DNA of 64,000 nucleotides from positions 2,297 to 66,296 of the forward strand of contig CAUAFL010000002.1 of NCBI GenBank assembly GCA_958428295.1. Reading direction: 5' to 3'. The stretch comes from an uncultured Bacillota bacterium. Its GTDB lineage: Bacteria; Bacillota_I; Bacilli_A; RF39; UBA660. A program made the position numbers and the translations under genes. Below the pieces are notes generated by a model. The model was not told the DNA's origin. It searched no databases and worked only from the letters and a program-made list of their open reading frames with translations. Positions 35,030-43,095 of this stretch are shown here, piece after piece; position 1 is the stretch's first letter; each line of letters starts with the position of its first letter.

Positions 35030-35883
35030 AATATTTAGTAACGGGCAAAGATGGGCAACTAGGCTCTGCTATGGTTAGTTATCTTGAGAAGAATACGACT
35101 CATTCAGTCGAGGCTATTTCTCATCAACAATTAGATATTGTCGATCGGCAAGCAGTTTTTTCACTGATTGAAGAAAAAAAACCAGATTTTATTATTCATT
35201 GTGCGGCTTATACTGCTGTTGATCAAGCGGAAGAGGAAATAGAAAAGTGTATGGCAGTGAATGTTTTAGGAACTGAAAACTTGGTTGCTGCGGCAAAAAA
35301 GATCGGGGCAGTGCTCGTTTATTTTAGTACCGATTATGTATTTGATGGCCAAAAAGAGGGCTGGTATCAAGAAACGGATCGTCCTCATCCCTTAAATGTT
35401 TATGGACAAAGTAAGTATTTAGGAGAAGAGGCGGTACGATGTTATTCTAAACATTATATTGTGCGTATTTCTTGGGTTTTTGGAGTGCATGGTAAAAATT
35501 TTATTAAGACGATGTTGCAACTTAGTGAAACTAAGGAACAAATCTCAGTGGTAGCGGATCAAATAGGCAGTCCTACCTATACTAAGGATGTCGCCAAGAG
35601 TGTCCTTTCTTTAATTGATAGTGGACAGTTTGGCACGTATCATATGACTAATGAAGGAGTTTGTTCATGGGCGGAGTTAGCTAGCTATGTGTTTCAACTT
35701 AAGAAAATTAATACTCAGGTGGTGGCTATTCCTAGTACTAACTATAAGCAAAAAGCAACGCGCCCTCTTAATTCTAAACTTAGTAAAGATAAATTAGCAT
35801 TAGTAGTGGGAAGACTTCCTGATTGGCATGATGCAGTGCAAGACTATTTATTGGCAGTGGAGGAAGAAAATGGCAAAGTATAA
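35026..35883 (+). CDS. rfbD: dTDP-4-dehydrorhamnose reductase
   Basis: The N-terminal Rossmann segment is VTGKDGQLG. Also present are HCAAYTAVD, STDYVFDG, YGQSKYLGE and the catalytic YxxxK. Confidence 0.9.
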   Translation: MKYLVTGKDGQLGSAMVSYLEKNTTHSVEAISHQQLDIVDRQAVFSLIEEKKPDFIIHCAAYTAVDQAEEEIEKCMAVNVLGTENLVAAAKKIGAVLVYFSTDYVFDGQKEGWYQETDRPHPLNVYGQSKYLGEEAVRCYSKHYIVRISWVFGVHGKNFIKTMLQLSETKEQISVVADQIGSPTYTKDVAKSVLSLIDSGQFGTYHMTNEGVCSWAELASYVFQLKKINTQVVAIPSTNYKQKATRPLNSKLSKDKLALVVGRLPDWHDAVQDYLLAVEEENGKV

Positions 35884-37291
35884 GTGTTCAATTTGTGGTT
35901 ATATTTATGATGATGCTAAGGAAAAAGTTCCCTTTAGGGAATTAGCAGAAGATTGGCAATGTCCTCTTTGTGGGGCGCCTAAAGCTATGTTTGAAGAAAT
36001 AAAGGAGAGTAGTCAAGTAACTGATAAGTTGCTTGATGATAACGATCCTTTAGCGACCTATTTAAAAGAATATAAACGTGATCATGAACAAGAAATCATT
36101 GCTGATATTCATCAGATGGCTAGAACAGGAAAGGGCGTACTTTCGGCTATGGGGCCTACAACTTTATTAAGTCCGTGGGAACAAATTGTGATTCTAGGAG
36201 CGCAGTTAGCACGATCACCATTACTTTCTTCAGAGAAGGTATCCTTAAAGACAACTCTTGGGAAAAAGGCTCAAAAACCGCTTGTTCTTGCCTGTCCGTT
36301 TTATATTTCTCATATGTCCTTTGGGGCCTTATCTAGGGAAGCCAAAGTTGCTTTAGCGAAGGGTGCCGCTCATGTTAAAACGGCGATGTGTAGTGGAGAA
36401 GGAGGTATCCTTCCTGTGGAACAGGAGTCTTCTTATCGTTATATTTTTGAGTATGTGCCTAATTTGTATAGTGTGACTGATGAAAACTTGCAGGCTGCTG
36501 ATGCCATTGAAATTAAAATCGGTCAGGGAACAAAACCAGGGCTAGGAGGGCATTTGCCGAAAGAAAAAGTGACGAAGGAAATTGCACAGATTCGTGGTAA
36601 GAGTGAGGCTCAAGATATTATTTCGCCGCCTTGTTTTTCACAATTACAAACGAAAGAAGAGTTAAAAAAATTAGTAAAAGAGCTTAAAGATCGCTCATTA
36701 GGGCGTCCCATTGGTGTAAAATTGGCCGCAGGTCATATTGAAGAGGATTTGGCTTGGGTGATTTTTGCCGAGGCTGATTTTGTGACCATAGATGGTCGAG
36801 GGGGAGCGACGGGGGCCAGTCCTAAGGTAGTACGGGACGCTACTAGTGTTCCAACGATGTATGCTCTTCGGCGCGCTAGACGTTATTTAGATCAGCAAAA
36901 GTCGTCATTAGAATTAGTGATTACGGGAGGCCTTAGAAGTGCTAGTGATATCTTTAAAGCATTAGCGATGGGAGCGGATGCCGTGGCTTTAGCGACGGGT
37001 CCAATGATTGCTTTAGGCTGTGATCAATATCGCATTTGCCATACTGGTAAGTGTCCTTTGGGGATTGCTACTCAGGATGAAGCCTTGAGAAAGCGCCTCG
37101 ATATTGATCTTTCTAGTAGGCGAGTTGCCAATTATTTATCGGCACTCCAACAAGAAGTAACGACCTTTTGTCGTTTAACGGGGCATGCTAGCATTCAGGA
37201 TGTTAGTCTTGCTGATTTAGGGTGCATGAGTGAGGAAGTAAGTCGTTATACAGATGTCCAACATGTAGGGTTAGGGGACATATCGTTATAA
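35870..37291 (+). CDS. Rubredoxin-domain fusion to an FMN-binding glutamate-synthase-like (GltB domain 2 family) protein
   Basis: The N-terminus KYKCSICGYIYDD...WQCPLCGAPK is a classic rubredoxin. The body shows GEGG, KIGQGTKPGLGGHLP and DGRGGATGAS, typical of the GltS FMN domain. ATG 35870 follows GGAGG and overlaps the rfbD stop by 14 nt. Confidence 0.8.
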   Translation: MAKYKCSICGYIYDDAKEKVPFRELAEDWQCPLCGAPKAMFEEIKESSQVTDKLLDDNDPLATYLKEYKRDHEQEIIADIHQMARTGKGVLSAMGPTTLLSPWEQIVILGAQLARSPLLSSEKVSLKTTLGKKAQKPLVLACPFYISHMSFGALSREAKVALAKGAAHVKTAMCSGEGGILPVEQESSYRYIFEYVPNLYSVTDENLQAADAIEIKIGQGTKPGLGGHLPKEKVTKEIAQIRGKSEAQDIISPPCFSQLQTKEELKKLVKELKDRSLGRPIGVKLAAGHIEEDLAWVIFAEADFVTIDGRGGATGASPKVVRDATSVPTMYALRRARRYLDQQKSSLELVITGGLRSASDIFKALAMGADAVALATGPMIALGCDQYRICHTGKCPLGIATQDEALRKRLDIDLSSRRVANYLSALQQEVTTFCRLTGHASIQDVSLADLGCMSEEVSRYTDVQHVGLGDISL

Positions 37292-37392
37292 AATCTTTTA
37301 GTGATATTAAATGAGCATAATGGTGATTAGAAAAGCTTAGATATTACATTAGGGTTGCTATCGCTTTGTTTTGTGAAAGAAAGGAGTAGTCG

Positions 37393-37854
37393 ATGATTCA
37401 TTTACGACATTTTAAGTTACAGAAGATAGACTTTGATAATATTGATCATTATTTATTAGTGAAAAAACTCTCTCGTGATGCTGCTGTTACAGACTATATT
37501 AGTCATGATTTAGCTACTTTTCTTAAGAAAGAGGAAAACTATGTTGTATTAAATGAGCAAGATAGAGCCGTTGGGATTGTGGGTGATAAAATAGATGAGA
37601 AAGATCGAGTAATGGAGTTATGGTACATGATTACGAAAGAGCAGCGTGGCAGGGGGATTGCTGACCATTTATTGGGTGAAGTTACCCCTTATTTTATAGA
37701 GTACTGCGATATTCATGATATTAAGTTACTGATTGATCGTTATAATCATGCTAGTATTAAATGTGCTCAAAATAATGGTTATAATATTTATAAAATGCAT
37801 CCTAATCGAGGAGAATATCGTTATTTTGGAGAAGAAAAAGGCAAATCTGTTTGA
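37393..37854 (+). CDS. GNAT family N-acetyltransferase
   Basis: The motif A-like segment is EQRGRGIADHLL. Confidence 0.6.
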   Translation: MIHLRHFKLQKIDFDNIDHYLLVKKLSRDAAVTDYISHDLATFLKKEENYVVLNEQDRAVGIVGDKIDEKDRVMELWYMITKEQRGRGIADHLLGEVTPYFIEYCDIHDIKLLIDRYNHASIKCAQNNGYNIYKMHPNRGEYRYFGEEKGKSV

Positions 37855-37879
37855 CTAACTGGTGTTTGTGTGATAGAAT
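37851..37879 (+). promoter_or_regulatory. Sigma-A promoter TTGACT-17-TAGAAT with extended -10 TG, for the rplU operon
   Basis: -35 at 37851-37856 and TGATAGAAT at 37871-37879. Confidence 0.6.
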
Positions 37880-37884
37880 CTTTT

Positions 37885-37985
37885 TGTTTGTAGCTTGAAT
37901 GCCTCATGCTCAAACCGCATTGAAAAGGTAAAAACAAGAAATACTTGTACCTTAAGAGCGAGTCTTAAGTAAAAAGAAGGAGGTA
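37885..37985 (+). ncRNA. Candidate ribosomal-protein L21 leader
   Basis: This is a ~100-nt structured leader between the promoter and rplU. It contains hairpins ACAAG/CTTGT and CTTAAG/CTTAAG. An L21 leader motif is known at this position in Firmicutes, but I could not verify the covariation model by eye. Confidence 0.3.
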
Positions 37986-37990
37986 AGAAG

Positions 37991-38293
37991 ATGTTTGCAG
38001 TTGTTAAAGTAGGTGGAAAACAGTATCGCGTTAGTGAAGGTGATGAGATTTTCGTTGAAAAATTGAAAGCTGAAGCGGGTGATACAGTCACTTTTGATCA
38101 AGTATTAATGATCGATACACAAGTGGGAACCCCTTATTTAGAAAATGTTATGGTAGAAGGTTCTGTGATTAAAAACGGTAAAAATAAAAAAATCCGTATC
38201 TTTAAGTATAAGAATAAATCAAGAGCCAATCGTAGAACACAAGGTCATAGACAACCTTATACGAAAGTTAAAATTACAAAAATTAATGGGTAA
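37991..38293 (+). CDS. rplU: 50S ribosomal protein L21
   Basis: The sequence begins MFAVVKVGGKQYRVSEGD. Confidence 0.95.
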   Translation: MFAVVKVGGKQYRVSEGDEIFVEKLKAEAGDTVTFDQVLMIDTQVGTPYLENVMVEGSVIKNGKNKKIRIFKYKNKSRANRRTQGHRQPYTKVKITKING

Positions 38294-38295
38294 TC

Positions 38296-38598
38296 ATGAT
38301 TAATGTAAAGGTGACGAAAAAACAAGGTAACTATCAGAATGTGACAGTATTAGGTCATGCGATGTATGATGACTATGGGAAAGATATTGTTTGTAGTGCT
38401 GTTAGTTCAATTGTAACGACGACAATTAATGGGATTTTATCGTTACAAGAAGAGGGGCTGACCTATCTTGTTAGTCGGAAAGGCTTACGGATTGATATTC
38501 ATGATCAGGGAAAAACAACCCAGACTTTAATTCATAATATGATTCGCATGCTTAAAGAATTGGAACTTAAATATCCAGAAAATATTGACATACAGTAA
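38296..38598 (+). CDS. prp: Ribosomal-processing cysteine protease Prp (YsxB family)
   Basis: It lies between rplU and rpmA and carries the His/Cys dyad context GHA...DIVCSAVS. Confidence 0.85.
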   Translation: MINVKVTKKQGNYQNVTVLGHAMYDDYGKDIVCSAVSSIVTTTINGILSLQEEGLTYLVSRKGLRIDIHDQGKTTQTLIHNMIRMLKELELKYPENIDIQ

Positions 38599-38610
38599 GG
38601 AGGGTAAAAC

Positions 38611-38901
38611 GTGGAATTGTTAAAATTAAATCTTCAATTATTTGCACATAAAAAAGGTCAGAGTTCTACTGCCAACGGTCGTGATTCAAAAGGACGGCGA
38701 TTAGGTGCTAAAGCGGCTGATGGAGAATTTATTACGGCTGGCAGCATTATTTATCGGCAACGTGGAACAAGAATTTTTCCAGGTATTAATGCAAGACGAG
38801 GAAATGATGATACGATCTATGCAACGGTGGATGGTATTGTTAAATTTGAACGTCTTGGTAGAGATAAAAAACAAGCGTCTGTTTATCCAGTGGCAGAATA
38901 A
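38611..38901 (+). CDS. rpmA: 50S ribosomal protein L27 with a cleavable N-terminal extension
   Basis: It starts with GTG. The N-terminus is [12 protein letters not shown]|HKKGQSST, where the Firmicute Prp cleavage motif precedes the conserved HKKG. Confidence 0.95.
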   Translation: MELLKLNLQLFAHKKGQSSTANGRDSKGRRLGAKAADGEFITAGSIIYRQRGTRIFPGINARRGNDDTIYATVDGIVKFERLGRDKKQASVYPVAE

Positions 38902-38907
38902 CTAAGT

Positions 38908-38932
38908 AAGAGTGAAAACTCTTGCTTTTTTT
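38908..38932 (+). terminator. Rho-independent terminator after rpmA
   Basis: Stem AAGAGT / ACTCTT, loop GAAA, then GCTTTTTTT. Confidence 0.65.
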
Positions 38933-39021
38933 GCAATTAGTCATAGTAAATTTTAATTTTTATGATATACTGTCTTTATAAACTAGGAAGATAGAATTCT
39001 TAGGAATAGGAGGAGTGTATA

Positions 39022-40398
39022 ATGAAACGTTTTTTAGCGGTAGCAATCGTAGCTATGTTTATTTTTTGCTCACCACTAGTAGTAGAAGCAGATGCTTCTA
39101 AACGAATTACTATTTGTCAAAGTGGTTGTGACTACCAAAATATAGAAGAAATTATTGCTGGTGATGTTAGTTGGGTTCAGCAAGTAAGTGATTTAACTAT
39201 TTGGTATGGAGCTGGAGAGTGGGAATTGCCCTTTGATATTTTGTATAGAATTCCCGTTGACAAATTGACGATTGAAGGAGAGGAAAATGAGCAAACTAGG
39301 TTTAGGGGTGGGGCTGATCTTTCCTATGTAGAAGACAGTTATACTGATTTAGTATTGAAAAATATCGTTGTAGAAGGTGATCTTAAACTATATGGTTTTA
39401 CTAATGTTACTTTTCAAAATGTTGTTTTTGTTGGCGGAAGTGTTTCTTTCCAAGGTATGTTTGTTCCATCAGTTCCCTATAATGTGACTTTAGAGAATAC
39501 CACATTTAGAAATTTGAATAGTGAATATGGTAGTTCTGTTCCGCTTTTTATTTCTAATGACCAAGTATGGGCCTTGAATTTTAAAGCTCATAATATTACT
39601 GTTGAAAATTCTAAGGTAGATAATATATTGATGTTTGGTTTTCTTTATTCTTCCGCACCAGTTACGATGGAAATAGATGGCATATTTTTGAATAACGTTA
39701 CTTATCAGACGGGTGCATTGTTTTATTATCGAAGTCAAAAAGATGCAAATCACCATATTCGAATTAAAAATGTTGATTTTAGCAATAGCCAAAATTGTTC
39801 GGTGATAAGTACGAATTTTAATCTAGATCCTAGTGCGAATTCTTTTACTAAAATACCAGCTAGACCATTAAGTTTTACGGATCAATATCAAGATCATTAT
39901 ATTGTTTTTCAAAATAGCAAACTAAATTGTGTTGAAACGAAAAAGGGAGATGCCGGTACAATTTATGGAGATACCGATCCTATTTATATTGAAAAAAGTA
40001 ATATTTGGACAATGTATCCAACAAGAGGCAAAAATGTTATTGAAGAAAATGCAAAAATCTTTTATGAAATAGAAGAAATTCGAAGTATTACTATGAAACC
40101 GGGGGAAACGGATCAAGTAGAGGATATCTTTAAGACGTATCCGGAGGTTGCTAAAAAGCTTACTTTTACTAGCAGTGATAGTAGTATTGCCGAAATAAAA
40201 GATGGCAAGGTTCTTTCTAAAAAAGAAGGGGTGGCAACGTTAACGGCAAAGCCAAATGAATTTGAAACATTTATTCTGAAAGTAGAAGTCATTGGTAATC
40301 CGGTGACCGCCTCAATGCAGATAATGATCATTATGTTAATGGTAGTTGTCATTTTAGCTACTACTTTAGTAGTCGTTTATAAGAAGAAAAAGAATTAG
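39022..40398 (+). CDS. Surface protein paralog 1: signal peptide, CxxGCxY-headed beta-helix-like region, Big_2-like Ig domain, NPVTAS motif, C-terminal TM and Lys tail
   Basis: The signal peptide ends in VVEADA. ITICQSGCDYQNI follows, then repetitive N/V-rich ~22-aa periodic segments. The Big_2 pattern is LTFTSSDSSIAEIKDGKVLSKKEGVATLTA. The C-terminus is IGNPVTASMQIMIIMLMVVVILATTLVVVYKKKKN. Confidence 0.7.
   Translation: MKRFLAVAIVAMFIFCSPLVVEADASKRITICQSGCDYQNIEEIIAGDVSWVQQVSDLTIWYGAGEWELPFDILYRIPVDKLTIEGEENEQTRFRGGADLSYVEDSYTDLVLKNIVVEGDLKLYGFTNVTFQNVVFVGGSVSFQGMFVPSVPYNVTLENTTFRNLNSEYGSSVPLFISNDQVWALNFKAHNITVENSKVDNILMFGFLYSSAPVTMEIDGIFLNNVTYQTGALFYYRSQKDANHHIRIKNVDFSNSQNCSVISTNFNLDPSANSFTKIPARPLSFTDQYQDHYIVFQNSKLNCVETKKGDAGTIYGDTDPIYIEKSNIWTMYPTRGKNVIEENAKIFYEIEEIRSITMKPGETDQVEDIFKTYPEVAKKLTFTSSDSSIAEIKDGKVLSKKEGVATLTAKPNEFETFILKVEVIGNPVTASMQIMIIMLMVVVILATTLVVVYKKKKN
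40081..40390 (+). repeat. Direct repeat copy A (3' end of paralog 1)
   Basis: My hand alignment to 41389-41698 gives 28 mismatches in 310 nt (~91% identity). Perfect runs reach ~40 nt. Confidence 0.8.
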
Positions 40399-40407
40399 GA
40401 GAGCAAT

Positions 40408-41715
40408 ATGAAAAAAAAGTTAGGATTATTGATTATTTTATTAGGAATTTTATCCTTGCCTGTCATGGTACAGGCTGAAGAAAATAGTGTAGTTATGACA
40501 ATTTGTGAGAGTGGATGTGAGTATCAAAATTTAGATCAGGTGTATGATGCACTTTATAGTCTTGATCCTGATGGGACAAAGATTACCGATCTTACCTTAC
40601 AGTTTGGGGAAGGTCATTATGATGGCTCTATTTATTTTGAAGGTATTGAAAAATTAACCGTAAAGGGAGCGGGGGTAGGTAAGACAATGCTTGAAGCTGC
40701 CCAAATTAAGTTAATGTCAGAACAAGGTACATTTTCTATTGAAGATGTGGCAATTGATTTCAAATTGAGGCAATATAACTCCAATTATCCTCTTTCTTTG
40801 TCTGGTAGTAACATAAATCTTGTCAATGTTCAGTTTATGAATATTCAACAACTACCTAGGGATGATTTTGGGTATATAAGTTTGCGCCTTTCTAGTAATG
40901 CAGTGGTGAATATCAAAGATGTCTCTATAATCGATAGTGATGTTTCTTATTTATTTGAATTAAATATGGATAACAGCGAAAATATGTCTACCGTTGATAT
41001 AGACGGTCTTACTACGAAGAACACAACTTATCAAGAAGGAATTCGTTTTGCTAATAATTCTGATACAACGATGAAAAATAAGGTAGCTGTTACTAATGCA
41101 GATTTAAGTGCCAGTCAAAGTTGTTCTATCGTGAATGGCGCAGATATATTTTTACTGGATTCTAGAGATGTTGGAAGTATCTTAGGAACGCCGTTAGGTT
41201 TCCCTTTAACCTATGGAGATAATTTTATTTCAGTAACCAATAGTAAACTTAATTGTGTGAAAAACTTAACGAATAGTAAAATGCCAATTTATGTTGATAA
41301 GAGTAATACCTGGACAAAGTATCCAGAGAAGGGCAACAATATTATTGAACAGGGCAGTGCTAAAGTAATTTATGAAATAGAAGAAGTGCGAAGTATTACC
41401 ACGAAACCGGGCGAAGTTAATCAAGTAGAGGATATTTTTAGAACGTATCCGGAGATTGCTAAAACGTTAACTTTTACTAGTAGTGATAGTAGTATTGCCG
41501 AAATAAAGGATGGGAAGGTTCTTTCTAACAAAGAAGGGGTGGCCACGTTAACGGCAAAGCCAAATGAATTTGAAATATTTATTCTGAAAGTAGAAGTCAT
41601 TGGTAATCCGGTGACCACCTCAATGCAAATGATGATCATTATGTTAATGGTAGTTGTGATTTTGGCTACTACTTTAGTAACCGTTTATAAGAAAAAAATT
41701 AGTAATAAATCATAA
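40408..41715 (+). CDS. Surface protein paralog 2 (same architecture as paralog 1)
   Basis: Shared elements are MTICESGCEYQNL, NSKLNC, DKSNTWTKYPEKGNNIIE and the Big_2-like domain. The C-terminus is IGNPVTTSMQMMIIMLMVVVILATTLVTVYKKK. Confidence 0.7.
   Translation: MKKKLGLLIILLGILSLPVMVQAEENSVVMTICESGCEYQNLDQVYDALYSLDPDGTKITDLTLQFGEGHYDGSIYFEGIEKLTVKGAGVGKTMLEAAQIKLMSEQGTFSIEDVAIDFKLRQYNSNYPLSLSGSNINLVNVQFMNIQQLPRDDFGYISLRLSSNAVVNIKDVSIIDSDVSYLFELNMDNSENMSTVDIDGLTTKNTTYQEGIRFANNSDTTMKNKVAVTNADLSASQSCSIVNGADIFLLDSRDVGSILGTPLGFPLTYGDNFISVTNSKLNCVKNLTNSKMPIYVDKSNTWTKYPEKGNNIIEQGSAKVIYEIEEVRSITTKPGEVNQVEDIFRTYPEIAKTLTFTSSDSSIAEIKDGKVLSNKEGVATLTAKPNEFEIFILKVEVIGNPVTTSMQMMIIMLMVVVILATTLVTVYKKKISNKS
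41389..41698 (+). repeat. Direct repeat copy B (3' end of paralog 2)
   Basis: See copy A. The 5' two-thirds of the two genes are far more divergent. Confidence 0.8.
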
Positions 41716-41815
41716 GTTGGTTGGAGGTCCCTTTTATAGGGGCTTTTTTAGTAAGAAAAATTCTTGTTTTTATTATCAAAATATGATAAAATACAGCTAT
41801 TCATTAGGGGAAATT

Positions 41816-43018
41816 ATGGAAAAGATAGAAAGACTTATTCAGGCTAAAGAGGTGTTACAAGAGTATAAAAGTCAGTTACTAAAGTATTATACGTTTTCTT
41901 ATGGGAAAGAGTATCAGTCTTTGTTACAAGAGAGAATGGCTCATACCATTTATCTATTTGATTCACCTCCTGATATTACGTTATCTTTTGTGGAACAATA
42001 TCAAAATGTTATTGAACCTAATCAATATGAAATACTAAAAAAAGAGGCAGAAGATTATCTTTCTTTACAGAAAGAAATTGTGGAAAAACAAGAGATAGCA
42101 TTAGCTGGTGTTTATTGTCAGTATTTTGGTATCAGTAGGAAGTGCTTTTTTGAAGCGAAAGATCGTTTTTTAAGTTTACCAATTCAGTTTTTTAGTTCAT
42201 CTATGCAAAAATATTTACAGGATGAAAAAATATCCGTAGAAGAAAAAGATAAAATAGAATTTTTTCGAACTTGGTATCAGGCATTATGTAGTATTTTAGA
42301 CGTAACGCCTTTAGAAAATGGTAACTTTGTGGATTGTATCTTACAAGCGAAGGAAAAAGTGGAACAAAAGGGACGTTCGGAGTTAATAAGCCGTAGTTTA
42401 TGGGGGCAAAGGATCCAACAAGAAATTGAACAGCAGTATGGTTTTTCTCTTGCCTCTTCCTTTCTTTCGTCTATCGTATTACCCTCTAACAGAGATGCAA
42501 GTTGTGCTTTTTTTTCACAATCCAAATCACCAACAAGGTTAGTCTTTCTTCCGTTGATGAAAATTTTTCTTCAATATGATGGTGATATAGATGCTCTTTT
42601 TTTTCATGAAAATAGGCATGCTATGGAGTCTCCAGCAAATAGCTATTCATTAATTAATGAGATAAGAACAGAAAAACATGCCATAGAAGATAGTAAAACT
42701 TTGCCGACAATGTTTAGTCGAGGGCAAAGTCGGAGTCTATATCAACAGTTATTTCCATTAACAGAAAATTTATTTGAAGAGTATCAGCCAATTTTTGATC
42801 ATTTTGCGTTAACGGGTGATAACAATTCTTTGGATCAGTGTTTTGGGAAACTTACACTAGACTCTTTAGAAGCAAAATTAGACTATTTTTTTGAAAGAGC
42901 TATTTTTTGCGATTGTCATGAACTATATTTACCGATTAATCGAGAACTGGTAGTAGGAGAACTGGATCAATTACGAAAAAATGCGGTTGCTTATCAAAAA
43001 AGTAAAAGGAGAAGATAG
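41816..43018 (+). CDS. Hypothetical cytoplasmic protein containing an HExxH motif
   Basis: The MEKIERL start follows an AGGGGA RBS. LFFHENRHAMES contains HENRH. There is no signal peptide or TM. Confidence 0.5.
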   Translation: MEKIERLIQAKEVLQEYKSQLLKYYTFSYGKEYQSLLQERMAHTIYLFDSPPDITLSFVEQYQNVIEPNQYEILKKEAEDYLSLQKEIVEKQEIALAGVYCQYFGISRKCFFEAKDRFLSLPIQFFSSSMQKYLQDEKISVEEKDKIEFFRTWYQALCSILDVTPLENGNFVDCILQAKEKVEQKGRSELISRSLWGQRIQQEIEQQYGFSLASSFLSSIVLPSNRDASCAFFSQSKSPTRLVFLPLMKIFLQYDGDIDALFFHENRHAMESPANSYSLINEIRTEKHAIEDSKTLPTMFSRGQSRSLYQQLFPLTENLFEEYQPIFDHFALTGDNNSLDQCFGKLTLDSLEAKLDYFFERAIFCDCHELYLPINRELVVGELDQLRKNAVAYQKSKRRR

Positions 43019-43039
43019 GTAGTCTTGCTTTTATTTAAC

Positions 43040-43068
43040 TAGACAATAGAGGACTTTTTTGGTATACT
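43040..43068 (+). promoter_or_regulatory. Sigma-A promoter TAGACA-17-TATACT with extended -10 TG, for obg
   Basis: -35 at 43040-43045 and TGGTATACT at 43060-43068. Confidence 0.5.
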
Positions 43069-43095
43069 AAAGGCACTTTAAAAGGGGATGAGAAG

